A stretch of 64,000 nt of DNA from a bacterium. Its GTDB lineage: Bacteria; Patescibacteriota; Patescibacteriia; UBA10025. The notes beneath the pieces were generated by a model. The model searched no databases. It was not told the origin of the DNA and saw nothing but the letters and a program-made list of their open reading frames with translations. Location: positions 235,527-299,526 of the forward strand of contig JAKAGM010000001.1 of the NCBI GenBank assembly GCA_021815445.1. Reading direction: 5' to 3'. Below, in pieces: positions 55,941-64,000 of this stretch (its first letter is position 1; each line of letters begins with the position of its first letter). The position numbers and the translations under genes were made by a program.

Positions 55941-57005
55941 TCAGTATATTGTTCCCCCGCCGAGAACAACGTTACCATGATAGAACACAATGGATTGGCC
56001 GGGCGTAACCGCGCGCTGTTTAAGCCTAAAGGAAGCATGCCAACCATCGGCATCCTTGACGATAGTGCATGATTGATCGGGCTGTCGATACCGTATTTTA
56101 GCGTGACAAGATAAGTGAGCAGTGGGCTCACCTGCAATCCAATGGGGGTTACGAAAATATACCTTCTGCTTATACAAGAGGTCGTCATCCTCCCTGGTTA
56201 TAACAATCGTGTTTGTTTTTCCGTCTTTTTGTGCGACATAGTAAGGCGTTCCTCCGCCGATGCCGATCCCCTTCCTCTGCCCTATGGTAAAAAAAGCCTG
56301 ACCCTGGTGGTACCCGGCGAATACGCCGTCCGAGGTTATCAGCTTTCCCTGCTTGCCTTTGATGCGCTGCTTGAGAAATTCGTCAATGTCAACCTTACCG
56401 ATGAAACAAATCCCCTGACTGTCTTTTCGGTCAGCATTCGGTAAATTGAAAGAACGGGCAAGTGACCGTACCTGAGATTTCGTGTATTTGCCGAGTGGGA
56501 AAACTGTATGGGAAAGCTGTCCCTGGTTTAATACATACAAAAAATATGACTGGTCCTTATCCTTGTCTGCCCCTTTCACAAGATGATACTTACCGTCGCG
56601 ATAGACATTTTGCGCGTAATGCCCCGTCGCTATGCTCTGTGCGCCCTTTTGCATCGCAAGTTTTAAAAACGCTTTAAATTTAATTTCCTTGTTGCACACA
56701 ATATCCGGGTTCGGTGTATTTCCTTTTTCATATTCGCGAAAAAAGTATTCAAGCACCTTATCACCGTACTCCTTACTCAGGTTCAATGTTTCCCAGGGGA
56801 TGCTCAAATGCATGCAAACTTTTTCTACCATCTCCTGATCATCTTTCCATGGACAGGCACCATCAAGATCATCGGTATTTTCCCAAGCTTTTATAAAGAC
56901 GCCTTGAACCTCATACCCTTGTTTCTGTAAAAGCGCCGCACAAACTGAGGAGTCTACTCCGCCTGACATACCGACTATTATCTTTCCTTTTGTATGTAGT
57001 CCCAT
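55941..57005 (-). CDS. mnmA: tRNA-specific 2-thiouridylase
   Basis: SGGVDS, TPNPD..CN..IKF, ATGHY, KDQSYFL, DSQGICF, TPGQ. Confidence 0.97.
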   Translation of the reverse strand: MGLHTKGKIIVGMSGGVDSSVCAALLQKQGYEVQGVFIKAWENTDDLDGACPWKDDQEMVEKVCMHLSIPWETLNLSKEYGDKVLEYFFREYEKGNTPNPDIVCNKEIKFKAFLKLAMQKGAQSIATGHYAQNVYRDGKYHLVKGADKDKDQSYFLYVLNQGQLSHTVFPLGKYTKSQVRSLARSFNLPNADRKDSQGICFIGKVDIDEFLKQRIKGKQGKLITSDGVFAGYHQGQAFFTIGQRKGIGIGGGTPYYVAQKDGKTNTIVITREDDDLLYKQKVYFRNPHWIAGEPTAHLSCHAKIRYRQPDQSCTIVKDADGWHASFRLKQRAVTPGQSIVFYHGNVVLGGGTIY

Positions 57006-57026
57006 AACGATAGCATTGATTTTCTA

Positions 57027-57055
57027 TAAAAAACGACAGCTAATGGGGCTGTCGT
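57027..57055 (-). terminator. Intrinsic terminator after the small orphan ORF
   Basis: Minus strand ACGACAGC-cccatta-GCTGTCGT followed by TTTTT. Confidence 0.75.
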
Positions 57056-57066
57056 GCACGAAGGAG

Positions 57067-57279
57067 TTAATCCGCGACAATGTGGTAGTGCTCCAGCGTG
57101 AAAGGCGGATCGAGAACAGGACGTTTTGAACCGACATCGATGACCGTCCCATCATCCATAACTACAATGAAGTAGGGATCGCATCCTGCTCCACCCTCAA
57201 CCGGGTGAATCCCAACCCCGAGTTTTCGGAATAGATCCGCGTCATTGCCCGCAACAATAGTTCCCGTAATATTCCGCAT
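57067..57279 (-). CDS. Small hypothetical protein (70 aa) in a stand-alone transcription unit
   Basis: GAGGAG SD, upstream promoter and downstream terminator. Confidence 0.7.
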   Translation of the reverse strand: MRNITGTIVAGNDADLFRKLGVGIHPVEGGAGCDPYFIVVMDDGTVIDVGSKRPVLDPPFTLEHYHIVAD

Positions 57280-57324
57280 GGCACTCCTCTCGAGAAAATG
57301 AAAGAGCTGATTGTGTGTTAAGAG

Positions 57325-57353
57325 AGTTTATACCAACTCTGAAAGATGCGCAA
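57325..57353 (-). promoter_or_regulatory. Sigma70-like promoter of the 70-aa ORF
   Basis: TTGCGC-17 nt-TAAACT. Confidence 0.5.
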
Positions 57354-57367
57354 GTTGAGACAACGGG

Positions 57368-57844
57368 TTACCTCTGGTCTGGCTCTGCTCGTTTGCGGGG
57401 CGAATACAGCAACCAAAGTCCGACTCCTACCAAAAGCAGAGGCCACAAGCTTAGCTGGCTGAAAGTAGATAAAAAGATTATGGCTGAAGTGAATGTAAAT
57501 ATCCATGCTGGGATGAGCAAACCGGTAATTTTTTTGCCAATAAAATAGGTAACGAAAAAGCCGATTGCGATAAAGAATGTATATACAAACGACGTTTCAT
57601 TGGCATAACGCCAACTAACAAGCACCATCGCAAAGAAGTAAAGGCCTAATAGCAGAAAGAATGTCGCTGGGAGCAGAAATCCCCATGCGCCTTTAGATTT
57701 CCATAAAGAAACGAAAAAAAGTCCGAGGATAATGAAAATAATCGGCCAAAGATCAATATGTATCCTGAATCCAATCTGGTTAAGGAGAAGCAATGCACCG
57801 ATCAGGATTATGAAAAGACCGGCAAGGTTTCTGTTTGAAGTCAT
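57368..57844 (-). CDS. Membrane protein with LiaI/LiaF-like TM repeats
   Basis: GL..I..G.LLLL...LWP..I..GL pattern at both termini. Confidence 0.7.
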   Translation of the reverse strand: MTSNRNLAGLFIILIGALLLLNQIGFRIHIDLWPIIFIILGLFFVSLWKSKGAWGFLLPATFFLLLGLYFFAMVLVSWRYANETSFVYTFFIAIGFFVTYFIGKKITGLLIPAWIFTFTSAIIFLSTFSQLSLWPLLLVGVGLWLLYSPRKRAEPDQR

Positions 57845-57859
57845 AAAAATTTCAAGATA

Positions 57860-59524
57860 CTAAGAATTATTAGGCCGTTCAACCCTCCCTTGAAAAAGAG
57901 GTTTAGTAGGAGGCTGCGGAGGCAAATTCTGATGGCGTTCTTTTTTACCAGGATCAGTCTGTGCGTGCCGTTGATGAAATGGGGTCGGTTTTCTCGCAAG
58001 AGCTTCCTTGAGAGAAATAGCCGGCTCTGTCGGCTTAACCTCTACAGGAGCTGCGTGAAACGACTGTGGAGAACGCTGCGGGGGCTTTGCAGGCCGCTGA
58101 TGCTCATCATGACGCGGGGTTTGCTCGTTCTGCCCCCGTGGTGGAAACCGATGAATATTCTTCTTTCCCGACGGTGAATAGGCCGTCTCAATATCTCTTG
58201 AAGCGATATTTTCCTCTTCGGCGGTAGCACGGTACACTTCATCCACCCCGCTCCAGCGTAAAATCTTTTCTTCTACTACACTCCTTGGCTTACCATAACG
58301 TTCACGAGAAACCTGAACCACTTTTTCACGGTTGCTCGTTTTTCCGGAAAGCGGGGGCAATGTGGTTGCAGAAAAAGGTTCCGAAGCAACCCCATCAATC
58401 ATCAATTTCATATACACGTTATACTTCGTGAGATTAAGCAGATCTTCCTCCACAAATGTAGGAAAGAACTCTTTTGCCAAAAACTCAGCATCGGCTGCCC
58501 CAATTCTAAAGCACATAATAGTGCCTACATTGCCGAAAACCGCTGGACGAACTTCTTCACTGAGTTGCTCGATATACTGATGCGCAAGTATCAAGTCCAG
58601 ACGGTATTTTCTCGCTTCAGATAATATATTTGCAAAGCTTTCAGTGGCAAAATTTTGAAACTCATCAACATAAAGAAAGAAATCTTTCCGCTCCTCTTCA
58701 GGAATGTCGACACGACTCATCGCGGCAAGCTGTAGGCGGGTAACCATCATGGCTCCCAAAAGGGATGAACTGTCCTCCCCGATTCTGCCCTTCGCCAGAT
58801 TGAGCAAAACAATTTTCTCGTTGTCCATCAGACTGCGGAGGTCTATAGTGCTGTTCGGCTGGCCTACGATATTGCGTATCAGCGCGCTCGAAAGAAACTG
58901 GCCTACTTTGTTTTGGATTGGCGCTATTGCTTCATTTCTGAACTTATCATTATACGCTTCATACTCGTCCATCCAAAATCCCTTAACGATGGGGTCAGTT
59001 ACTTTATCGATAACCTTGCGGCGATATTTCTTATCCACTAGGATACGCGCGACACCAAGCATTGTAGAGCCCGGATATTCAAGAAGTGCAAGTATGCAGT
59101 TATTTAGAATGTACTCCATGCGTGCGCTCCATACTCCCTCCCAAATTTTTGTGAATACTCCCATGAGGCCCGATGCTACGAGATGCCGTTGCGTCGCGTC
59201 CACACTTTCCAAAACATTAAATCCGATAGGATATTCCACATCCGCCGGGTTGAAGTAGACAACGTCATTAATGCGGTAGGACGGAATGTACTCGACAATC
59301 TTTTCGACAAGATCTCCATGGGGATCGACCACGGCCAGACCGCGTCCCGCACGAATATCAGCGATGATCATATTTTCCAGAACTGTGGTTTTTCCCATGC
59401 CGGTCTTTCCTATTAAATACATATGCCTTCGTCTATCGTCAATTTTTATGCCAAAACGCCGCTCCTGATTACGGTAGTTTGTCATTCCAACCAAAGTTAT
59501 TTGGTTTGTAGCGTCGTCTGCCAT
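57860..59524 (-). CDS. VirD4/TrwB/HerA-like P-loop ATPase
   Basis: RRHMY.IGKTGMGKT (Walker A), DPHGD, LYVDEFQNF (Walker B), LSEARKY, AHQY; disordered Pro-rich tail. Confidence 0.9.
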   Translation of the reverse strand: MADDATNQITLVGMTNYRNQERRFGIKIDDRRRHMYLIGKTGMGKTTVLENMIIADIRAGRGLAVVDPHGDLVEKIVEYIPSYRINDVVYFNPADVEYPIGFNVLESVDATQRHLVASGLMGVFTKIWEGVWSARMEYILNNCILALLEYPGSTMLGVARILVDKKYRRKVIDKVTDPIVKGFWMDEYEAYNDKFRNEAIAPIQNKVGQFLSSALIRNIVGQPNSTIDLRSLMDNEKIVLLNLAKGRIGEDSSSLLGAMMVTRLQLAAMSRVDIPEEERKDFFLYVDEFQNFATESFANILSEARKYRLDLILAHQYIEQLSEEVRPAVFGNVGTIMCFRIGAADAEFLAKEFFPTFVEEDLLNLTKYNVYMKLMIDGVASEPFSATTLPPLSGKTSNREKVVQVSRERYGKPRSVVEEKILRWSGVDEVYRATAEEENIASRDIETAYSPSGKKNIHRFPPRGQNEQTPRHDEHQRPAKPPQRSPQSFHAAPVEVKPTEPAISLKEALARKPTPFHQRHAQTDPGKKERHQNLPPQPPTKPLFQGRVERPNNS

Positions 59525-59527
59525 AGT

Positions 59528-60913
59528 TTAAACAACAGGTAAATTTGCCGGTGGGCCTCCTCTTTTCTCAGGAGGTACTTCGCGATCCTTTGGATGCTTT
59601 ACCGACGGATACAGCGTTTCTGTTGGAAGCTTTGACGGGGGTTCGCCTTTCTTTGTCTCAGCTTTTTGGATTTGGGGAGCTTTTACTGTGAGTACAGGGA
59701 AATGAAACAGACTGGCAAGCTCCTCAGTGTTCAGGACGTACCTATTTCTCCCCCTCTTGAGGCTCCGATATCTATACCCCCAAAGAATCCTGCGTTTTCT
59801 CCACAGGAGCCTTCGCCGAACATTGATGTAATGCACCTTCGTCCGGACTCTTTTGTCTATTTTGAACCCGTTGAGGTCAAGGGTATTGAACTGCATAATT
59901 GCCCCTGCCACAGCGTCGACACCCTTCGGGGAGTTGTAAACCTCTTTCTTTGCCGTGTAGATCATGCGAATCTTGGAGGTAAAAGCGATCTTCGATATTT
60001 TCAACCCCACTGACTCGACAACGGAGCGTTCGTCAGGTGATAAGTGCTGCATCAGGGAAGGCCATTCACGGTCTTTTGTTTTCTTTTCAGCCTCAGGGCT
60101 CGCCAGTATACCTGCGGTAAAAGACTCAGAGAGTCCTTTGGTAATCTCGCGGGGGAAATACATCCAATCCGACTTCTTTTCTTCGGACTTTTTTCCGATA
60201 AGTTTCCTTATTGCGTGCAAACCCCGTTCCCGCCACTCAGCGTTTGCAGGGGTGATAACTATTTGGAGCCAAAGTTGCTCTCCCGGACCAAATCGAGACA
60301 TTATTTCAAGAAGCGAAGCCATCGGATCAAGAAATGTCTGTGTCAGCGGATGTTCAAAAAAGGGATACGTTCTAATTGGGTAAATATCCTTTCGTAACAT
60401 CTTGAACTCCGTCCCATAAAGATTGTACTCAGTATTTTTAGGGTAGTCGAGAGGTTTTGGCACGCTATCAATATAATCCTCGACTTCGGTGATTTCTGAA
60501 TCCGGGTACTGAGCATATATCGCGGCCTCGACTAAATCACGGAAACGCACGGGAGTACGAATAAGAAATTGGACGTACCCCTCGATACTCACTATCTCAA
60601 GACTGAACGAAGGCTGTGAAAAACCTTCAATATAGCGCGCGTGGAGTGTCCCTTTTTTCTGTACGGCGCTGAGATGAGCGAAAATATGCTCAACAGCTTT
60701 TGGGCTTTGCTCATTATTCTTCGGCACATCAATCGCCAAAAGAGCATACTCGATTTTCGCGTCGTACATGTTGCGTATATATTCCAGCCAGCCCTGCCAT
60801 ATCCCATTGATGACGGTAATCACTAAAATAACCCATCCACCATGCTGGATGAGAAAAAGCATTGCCTGAAAAGGATTGTTAATATCAGCAAGCGCTGATA
60901 AATCAAAATTCAT
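59528..60913 (-). CDS. Membrane-anchored partner of the VirD4-like ATPase
   Basis: N-terminal TM, SLEIVS, IYAQYP..EI.EV.DY, YPIRTY, LN.EELASLFHFP; 3 nt from the ATPase start. Confidence 0.75.
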   Translation of the reverse strand: MNFDLSALADINNPFQAMLFLIQHGGWVILVITVINGIWQGWLEYIRNMYDAKIEYALLAIDVPKNNEQSPKAVEHIFAHLSAVQKKGTLHARYIEGFSQPSFSLEIVSIEGYVQFLIRTPVRFRDLVEAAIYAQYPDSEITEVEDYIDSVPKPLDYPKNTEYNLYGTEFKMLRKDIYPIRTYPFFEHPLTQTFLDPMASLLEIMSRFGPGEQLWLQIVITPANAEWRERGLHAIRKLIGKKSEEKKSDWMYFPREITKGLSESFTAGILASPEAEKKTKDREWPSLMQHLSPDERSVVESVGLKISKIAFTSKIRMIYTAKKEVYNSPKGVDAVAGAIMQFNTLDLNGFKIDKRVRTKVHYINVRRRLLWRKRRILWGYRYRSLKRGRNRYVLNTEELASLFHFPVLTVKAPQIQKAETKKGEPPSKLPTETLYPSVKHPKDREVPPEKRGGPPANLPVV

Positions 60914-60937
60914 TTTTTAAAAAAAAGAACTATGCTC

Positions 60938-62071
60938 TTAGTGTGGCTGCGCGAGTATGTAGGTACCATCCTGTTGCTTGTGAAAACGGGACTTGTCGGT
61001 TAAAGCGAGATAGACGGTATTCTTTTTTACTACACGTTGCTTCAGCACCAGTTCGACAATCTCATGCCGGCTCAATGGTCTCTGTTCCTTTTGCAGAACA
61101 TCAACAATGACATCGGCAACAACGCCAGGTCTGTACCCCCATTCACGAAGAGCGTAGATGCCCCGTCCGATTAATACATACTGCTTATTGAGTATAAGCT
61201 CATTGTGGACAGTCGGCGGATAAGCTTTTCTATCATCAAATCCCATTTGATTAATAAGTTCAGTGATTTCAGAAAAATGCATTGGCTTTCCTCGTTTTTT
61301 GAGCACAAGGCTGATTTTATCGTTCATTCGCTTCGGGGTGATACTCCCCCAGTCTACCAGCCCGTACTCGTTGTAAGGGTTTTTGCCAATCTTTTTACTT
61401 ACCTCAATATATGAGCGGATAGCATCATCATTAAGCTGACTCTCGTGTTGTTGAAACAGCGTTCTTGATCTCGTCTGTGAAAGAAGCTCATGAAAAGACA
61501 TGGGCTTACCATTTTTTGTAATGATATCAAGCAGTTCCAATACCACAGTATCAAGAAGATAGAGAGTAAAAGACCGAAGCTGCCACGAAGGTCTATAAAC
61601 AGCTGACTCACGGATTCTCTTGAACTTAGGATCAAGAAGCTCCTGAAGAATAAAAACAACCGCGCGCCTGTTTTGCACCGTCTCACCTGCAGTTTGTAGA
61701 ATATGCCCGAGCAACGATTGTTCAGACATCACTCCTCCATACTGTTCAAGAACTGAAGTAATCGTGTCTTCAACGGGTTTGATAAGAGCTCCGAAATTCT
61801 TCAAATTTTTTATTTTTTTAATGGCGGTGCTTTCTATCTGTCGGATACGTTCACGCGTTACCTTGTAAGCGAAACCTATTTGCTCGAGGGTCTCACTATT
61901 TCCCCCATTAAGCCCGAACCTTCGACGCAAAACGTCCTCTTCTCGGTTTAGAAGATTTTTTAGCAACACCGAAACCGCGTCAGCAGGATGAAACTGCTCA
62001 ATTTCAAGGGTCTTTTTGCTCGAAATCACTTTATCGAGTATCGATGGAGAGTTATCGTCTGTCATACTCAA
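60938..62071 (-). CDS. Sigma70 region-4 HTH plus multiple winged-HTH (HARE-HTH/RNAP delta-like) DNA-binding protein
   Basis: RE..VLRRRFGL....TLEQIG...VTRERIRQIE; no sigma region 2; three L...G.P....EI-type wHTH segments; GRGIYAL.EWG. Confidence 0.8.
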   Translation of the reverse strand: MSMTDDNSPSILDKVISSKKTLEIEQFHPADAVSVLLKNLLNREEDVLRRRFGLNGGNSETLEQIGFAYKVTRERIRQIESTAIKKIKNLKNFGALIKPVEDTITSVLEQYGGVMSEQSLLGHILQTAGETVQNRRAVVFILQELLDPKFKRIRESAVYRPSWQLRSFTLYLLDTVVLELLDIITKNGKPMSFHELLSQTRSRTLFQQHESQLNDDAIRSYIEVSKKIGKNPYNEYGLVDWGSITPKRMNDKISLVLKKRGKPMHFSEITELINQMGFDDRKAYPPTVHNELILNKQYVLIGRGIYALREWGYRPGVVADVIVDVLQKEQRPLSRHEIVELVLKQRVVKKNTVYLALTDKSRFHKQQDGTYILAQPH

Positions 62072-62078
62072 TGTGTTT

Positions 62079-62107
62079 AGTATAGCATAATGTCATACGT
62101 GTGTCAA
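62079..62107 (-). promoter_or_regulatory. Near-consensus sigma70 promoter
   Basis: TTGACA-17 nt-TATACT with extended TG. Confidence 0.8.
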
Positions 62108-62170
62108 GTTGTTTAACATAGACCTTATCATATTTGGCCTTATATGGCAAGTACCCATCTTCTGCATACC

Positions 62171-62193
62171 AAAAAATGGCCAATATTGGCCAT
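62171..62193 (-). terminator. Terminator after secF
   Basis: Perfect palindrome ATGGCCAATATTGGCCAT followed by a T-tract on the minus strand. Confidence 0.65.
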
Positions 62194-62216
62194 CGCTTCG
62201 TCTTTGCGACTAACTT

Positions 62217-63113
62217 CTACTTGCGCGACGTAAATTTCTCCCATGTCACAAGCAAAGGACTTGCGACAAAAATAGACGAATATGTCCCTACGGAAATACC
62301 GAGAATAAGCGCGAGCACGAAATTACGAATAGTGTCGCCACCAAAAAAGTATAAACTAATGAGAACCAGAAGAGTGATAAGGGATGTATTCAGGGATCTC
62401 ACGAGAGTCTGATTTATACTTTCATTCACTGTCATTTCATAAGTCTCCGCAGGATTTGTTCGAAGTCGTTCGCGAATTCTGTCAAATACAACGATAGTGT
62501 CATGTACAGAGAAACCGAGGGTTGTGAGCAGTGCGGTAACAAAAAGGGAATCTATCTCAAATTTGAAAAAATATCCCATGATGGCAAACGCACCGACGAC
62601 AAAAAGCACATCGTGAATAAGCGCGAGCACCGCCATAACACCATATGTCCATGGTCGAACTGGGCCGATCGAAACTTTGCGAAAAGCAAAGGATATATAC
62701 AAAATAATGAAAAAAAGCACCACAACCATTGCTGTAATCGATTTCTGGCGCAGTTCTTTCCCAACAGTAGGACCTATGGATTCAAAACTTACTTCATGGG
62801 CACCGCCAAAGTCACCAGATAGCTTTTCTACTACTTTTGCCTGATCAACTTCGCTGATGTCCTGTCCACGAATCACAATATCTTGTTTTTCGATCGGCTG
62901 GGCAAAGAAGTCGCCGCTAAGGATACCCTGTAAAGACTTTGTGACATCCTGAGCTGTCGGACGAATGCCGGTAAATCCTACCCTGAGAAGACTGCCACCC
63001 GTGAAATCTATGCCCGGCCTGAGACCGCCCATCATAAGCATAATAAATCCGGGAATAAGCGCAGCTAAGGAAATTCCGTACCACCACTTCCTTTTTTGTA
63101 TGATATTAAACAT
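62217..63113 (-). CDS. secF: Protein translocase subunit SecF
   Basis: GIDFTGG, IGPTVG.EL, HD, DTIVVFDRIRE, GTYSS.F.A. Confidence 0.97.
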   Translation of the reverse strand: MFNIIQKRKWWYGISLAALIPGFIMLMMGGLRPGIDFTGGSLLRVGFTGIRPTAQDVTKSLQGILSGDFFAQPIEKQDIVIRGQDISEVDQAKVVEKLSGDFGGAHEVSFESIGPTVGKELRQKSITAMVVVLFFIILYISFAFRKVSIGPVRPWTYGVMAVLALIHDVLFVVGAFAIMGYFFKFEIDSLFVTALLTTLGFSVHDTIVVFDRIRERLRTNPAETYEMTVNESINQTLVRSLNTSLITLLVLISLYFFGGDTIRNFVLALILGISVGTYSSIFVASPLLVTWEKFTSRK

Positions 63114-64000
63114 TCTGTTGGTTCTTAACTATTTCACCCTTTTTCACTCCGACAAGCCAGGGACGGGATTCGAGCCATGAGCCGCCAAAGATGCGAAGAA
63201 AAGTCCGCGTGATGGTTATGGCGGAAAACATGCTGACAACAATGCCGATACCGAGGGTAATCGCGAAACCTTTCACAATACTCGTCCCCAACCAGCCCAG
63301 GATAAAAACAGTAATCAGGCTTGAAACATTGGAATCGCGTATCGAAAGCCATGCGCGTTTGAAGCCTTCCTCAATAGAAAAGTTCATCGGCTTGCCGAGG
63401 CGCAATTCTTCTTTCGTCCTTTCGAAAATAAGCACATTGGCGTCGACTGCCATCCCTATCGATAAAATGAAACCAGCCACGCCGGCGAGCGTCAGGGTAA
63501 CCGGCAGAAGCTTAAAAATCGCCAATACAAGCAGGGTATAAATAAGCAATGAACATACGGCAAGAACCCCGGGGAAACGGTAATAAATAATCATGAACAC
63601 CGAAACCAAGAGAACGCCGAGCAAACCCGCGAAAAGGCTCCTGTCGACTGATTCTTGGCCCAGCGTTGCGCCGACGGTTTGCTGGGAAACGAGGGTTATT
63701 GGAATCGGCAGCGCTCCGGCATTCAAACGCCGTACAAGCTGCTTTGCCTCGTCAAGAGTAAAATTGCCCTCAATACTTGCAAGCCCACCGGTAATTTTTT
63801 GTTGAACAACGGGCGTCGATATGGGAGATCCGTCAAGATAAATTGCTAAGGGCTTTCCGACATTGCGGCCAGTGATGTCCTCAAAAAGTTTTGCGCCTTC
63901 TGTATTAAACTGGAGCGAGACGTAGGGTTTGCCGGTATTTTTGTCGAAAGCAACGTCGGCACGCTTCAGTTGTTTACCCGTCAGTCCGGTCTGAATAAAT
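63106..64000 (-). CDS. secD: Protein translocase subunit SecD (C-terminal part; 5' end outside the window)
   Basis: LNAGALP, GATLG, GMAVDANVLIFER.KEE, DSN, KGFA.TL; frame continues to the window edge. Confidence 0.96.
   Translation of the reverse strand, partial: FIQTGLTGKQLKRADVAFDKNTGKPYVSLQFNTEGAKLFEDITGRNVGKPLAIYLDGSPISTPVVQQKITGGLASIEGNFTLDEAKQLVRRLNAGALPIPITLVSQQTVGATLGQESVDRSLFAGLLGVLLVSVFMIIYYRFPGVLAVCSLLIYTLLVLAIFKLLPVTLTLAGVAGFILSIGMAVDANVLIFERTKEELRLGKPMNFSIEEGFKRAWLSIRDSNVSSLITVFILGWLGTSIVKGFAITLGIGIVVSMFSAITITRTFLRIFGGSWLESRPWLVGVKKGEIVKNQQNV

Noticed and set aside
57860-60913. Conjugative element / ICE interpretation of the VirD4-like ATPase
   Set aside because: No relaxase, VirB genes, integrase or att repeats in the window; housekeeping context
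62109-62136. XerD-arm-like CTATGTTAAAC on the minus strand
   Set aside because: The spacing to a plausible left arm does not fit 11-6-11 geometry
1-64000. Many 60-205 aa antisense or alternate-frame ORFs (e.g. 29041-29610, 42894-43511, 58704-59258)
   Set aside because: They are shadows of well-supported genes and show no recognisable motifs
1-64000. tRNA, rRNA, CRISPR arrays, transposases, introns/inteins, stop-codon recoding
   Set aside because: None was seen by eye; conserved genes show no large insertions and TGA terminates several of them. tRNAscan and Infernal were not run.

Overview
This is a gene-dense core-genome segment of a Candidate Phyla Radiation (Patescibacteria) bacterium. 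That assignment is inferred from gene content, mostly SD-less starts, a short AlaRS/ProRS and an RpoA without its C-terminal domain; TGA is used as stop (code 11). From 2.6 to 20.1 kb the genes are on +: TagA-like glycosyltransferase, queuosine-precursor transporter, DUF2207, xseA-xseB, a small acidic ORF with a translin/TRAX-family gene, three type IV minor pilins, EamA, a small-partner/Y-family polymerase pair, an amino-acid permease, gltX and an M23 peptidase. From 20.2 to 64 kb all genes are on -: cell wall, shape and division genes, aminoacyl-tRNA synthetases, a surface-glycan cluster containing a second mreB, the infA-alpha operon, alaS, mnmA, a sigma4/wHTH + membrane protein + VirD4/HerA-like ATPase operon, and secF/secD. 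I saw no rRNA, tRNA, CRISPR array, transposase or prophage. The best leads are: (1) the exonuclease VII + acidic protein + catalytically intact translin module; (2) the sigma4-wHTH/ATPase operon in a genome whose RpoA lacks the alpha-CTD; (3) a dif-like 11-6-11 site at the strand-convergence point; (4) unannotated structured RNAs upstream of the mutagenic-polymerase pair and of infA; (5) a prepilin with a 93-aa two-TM leader. All family calls come from motif recognition by eye, not database searches.
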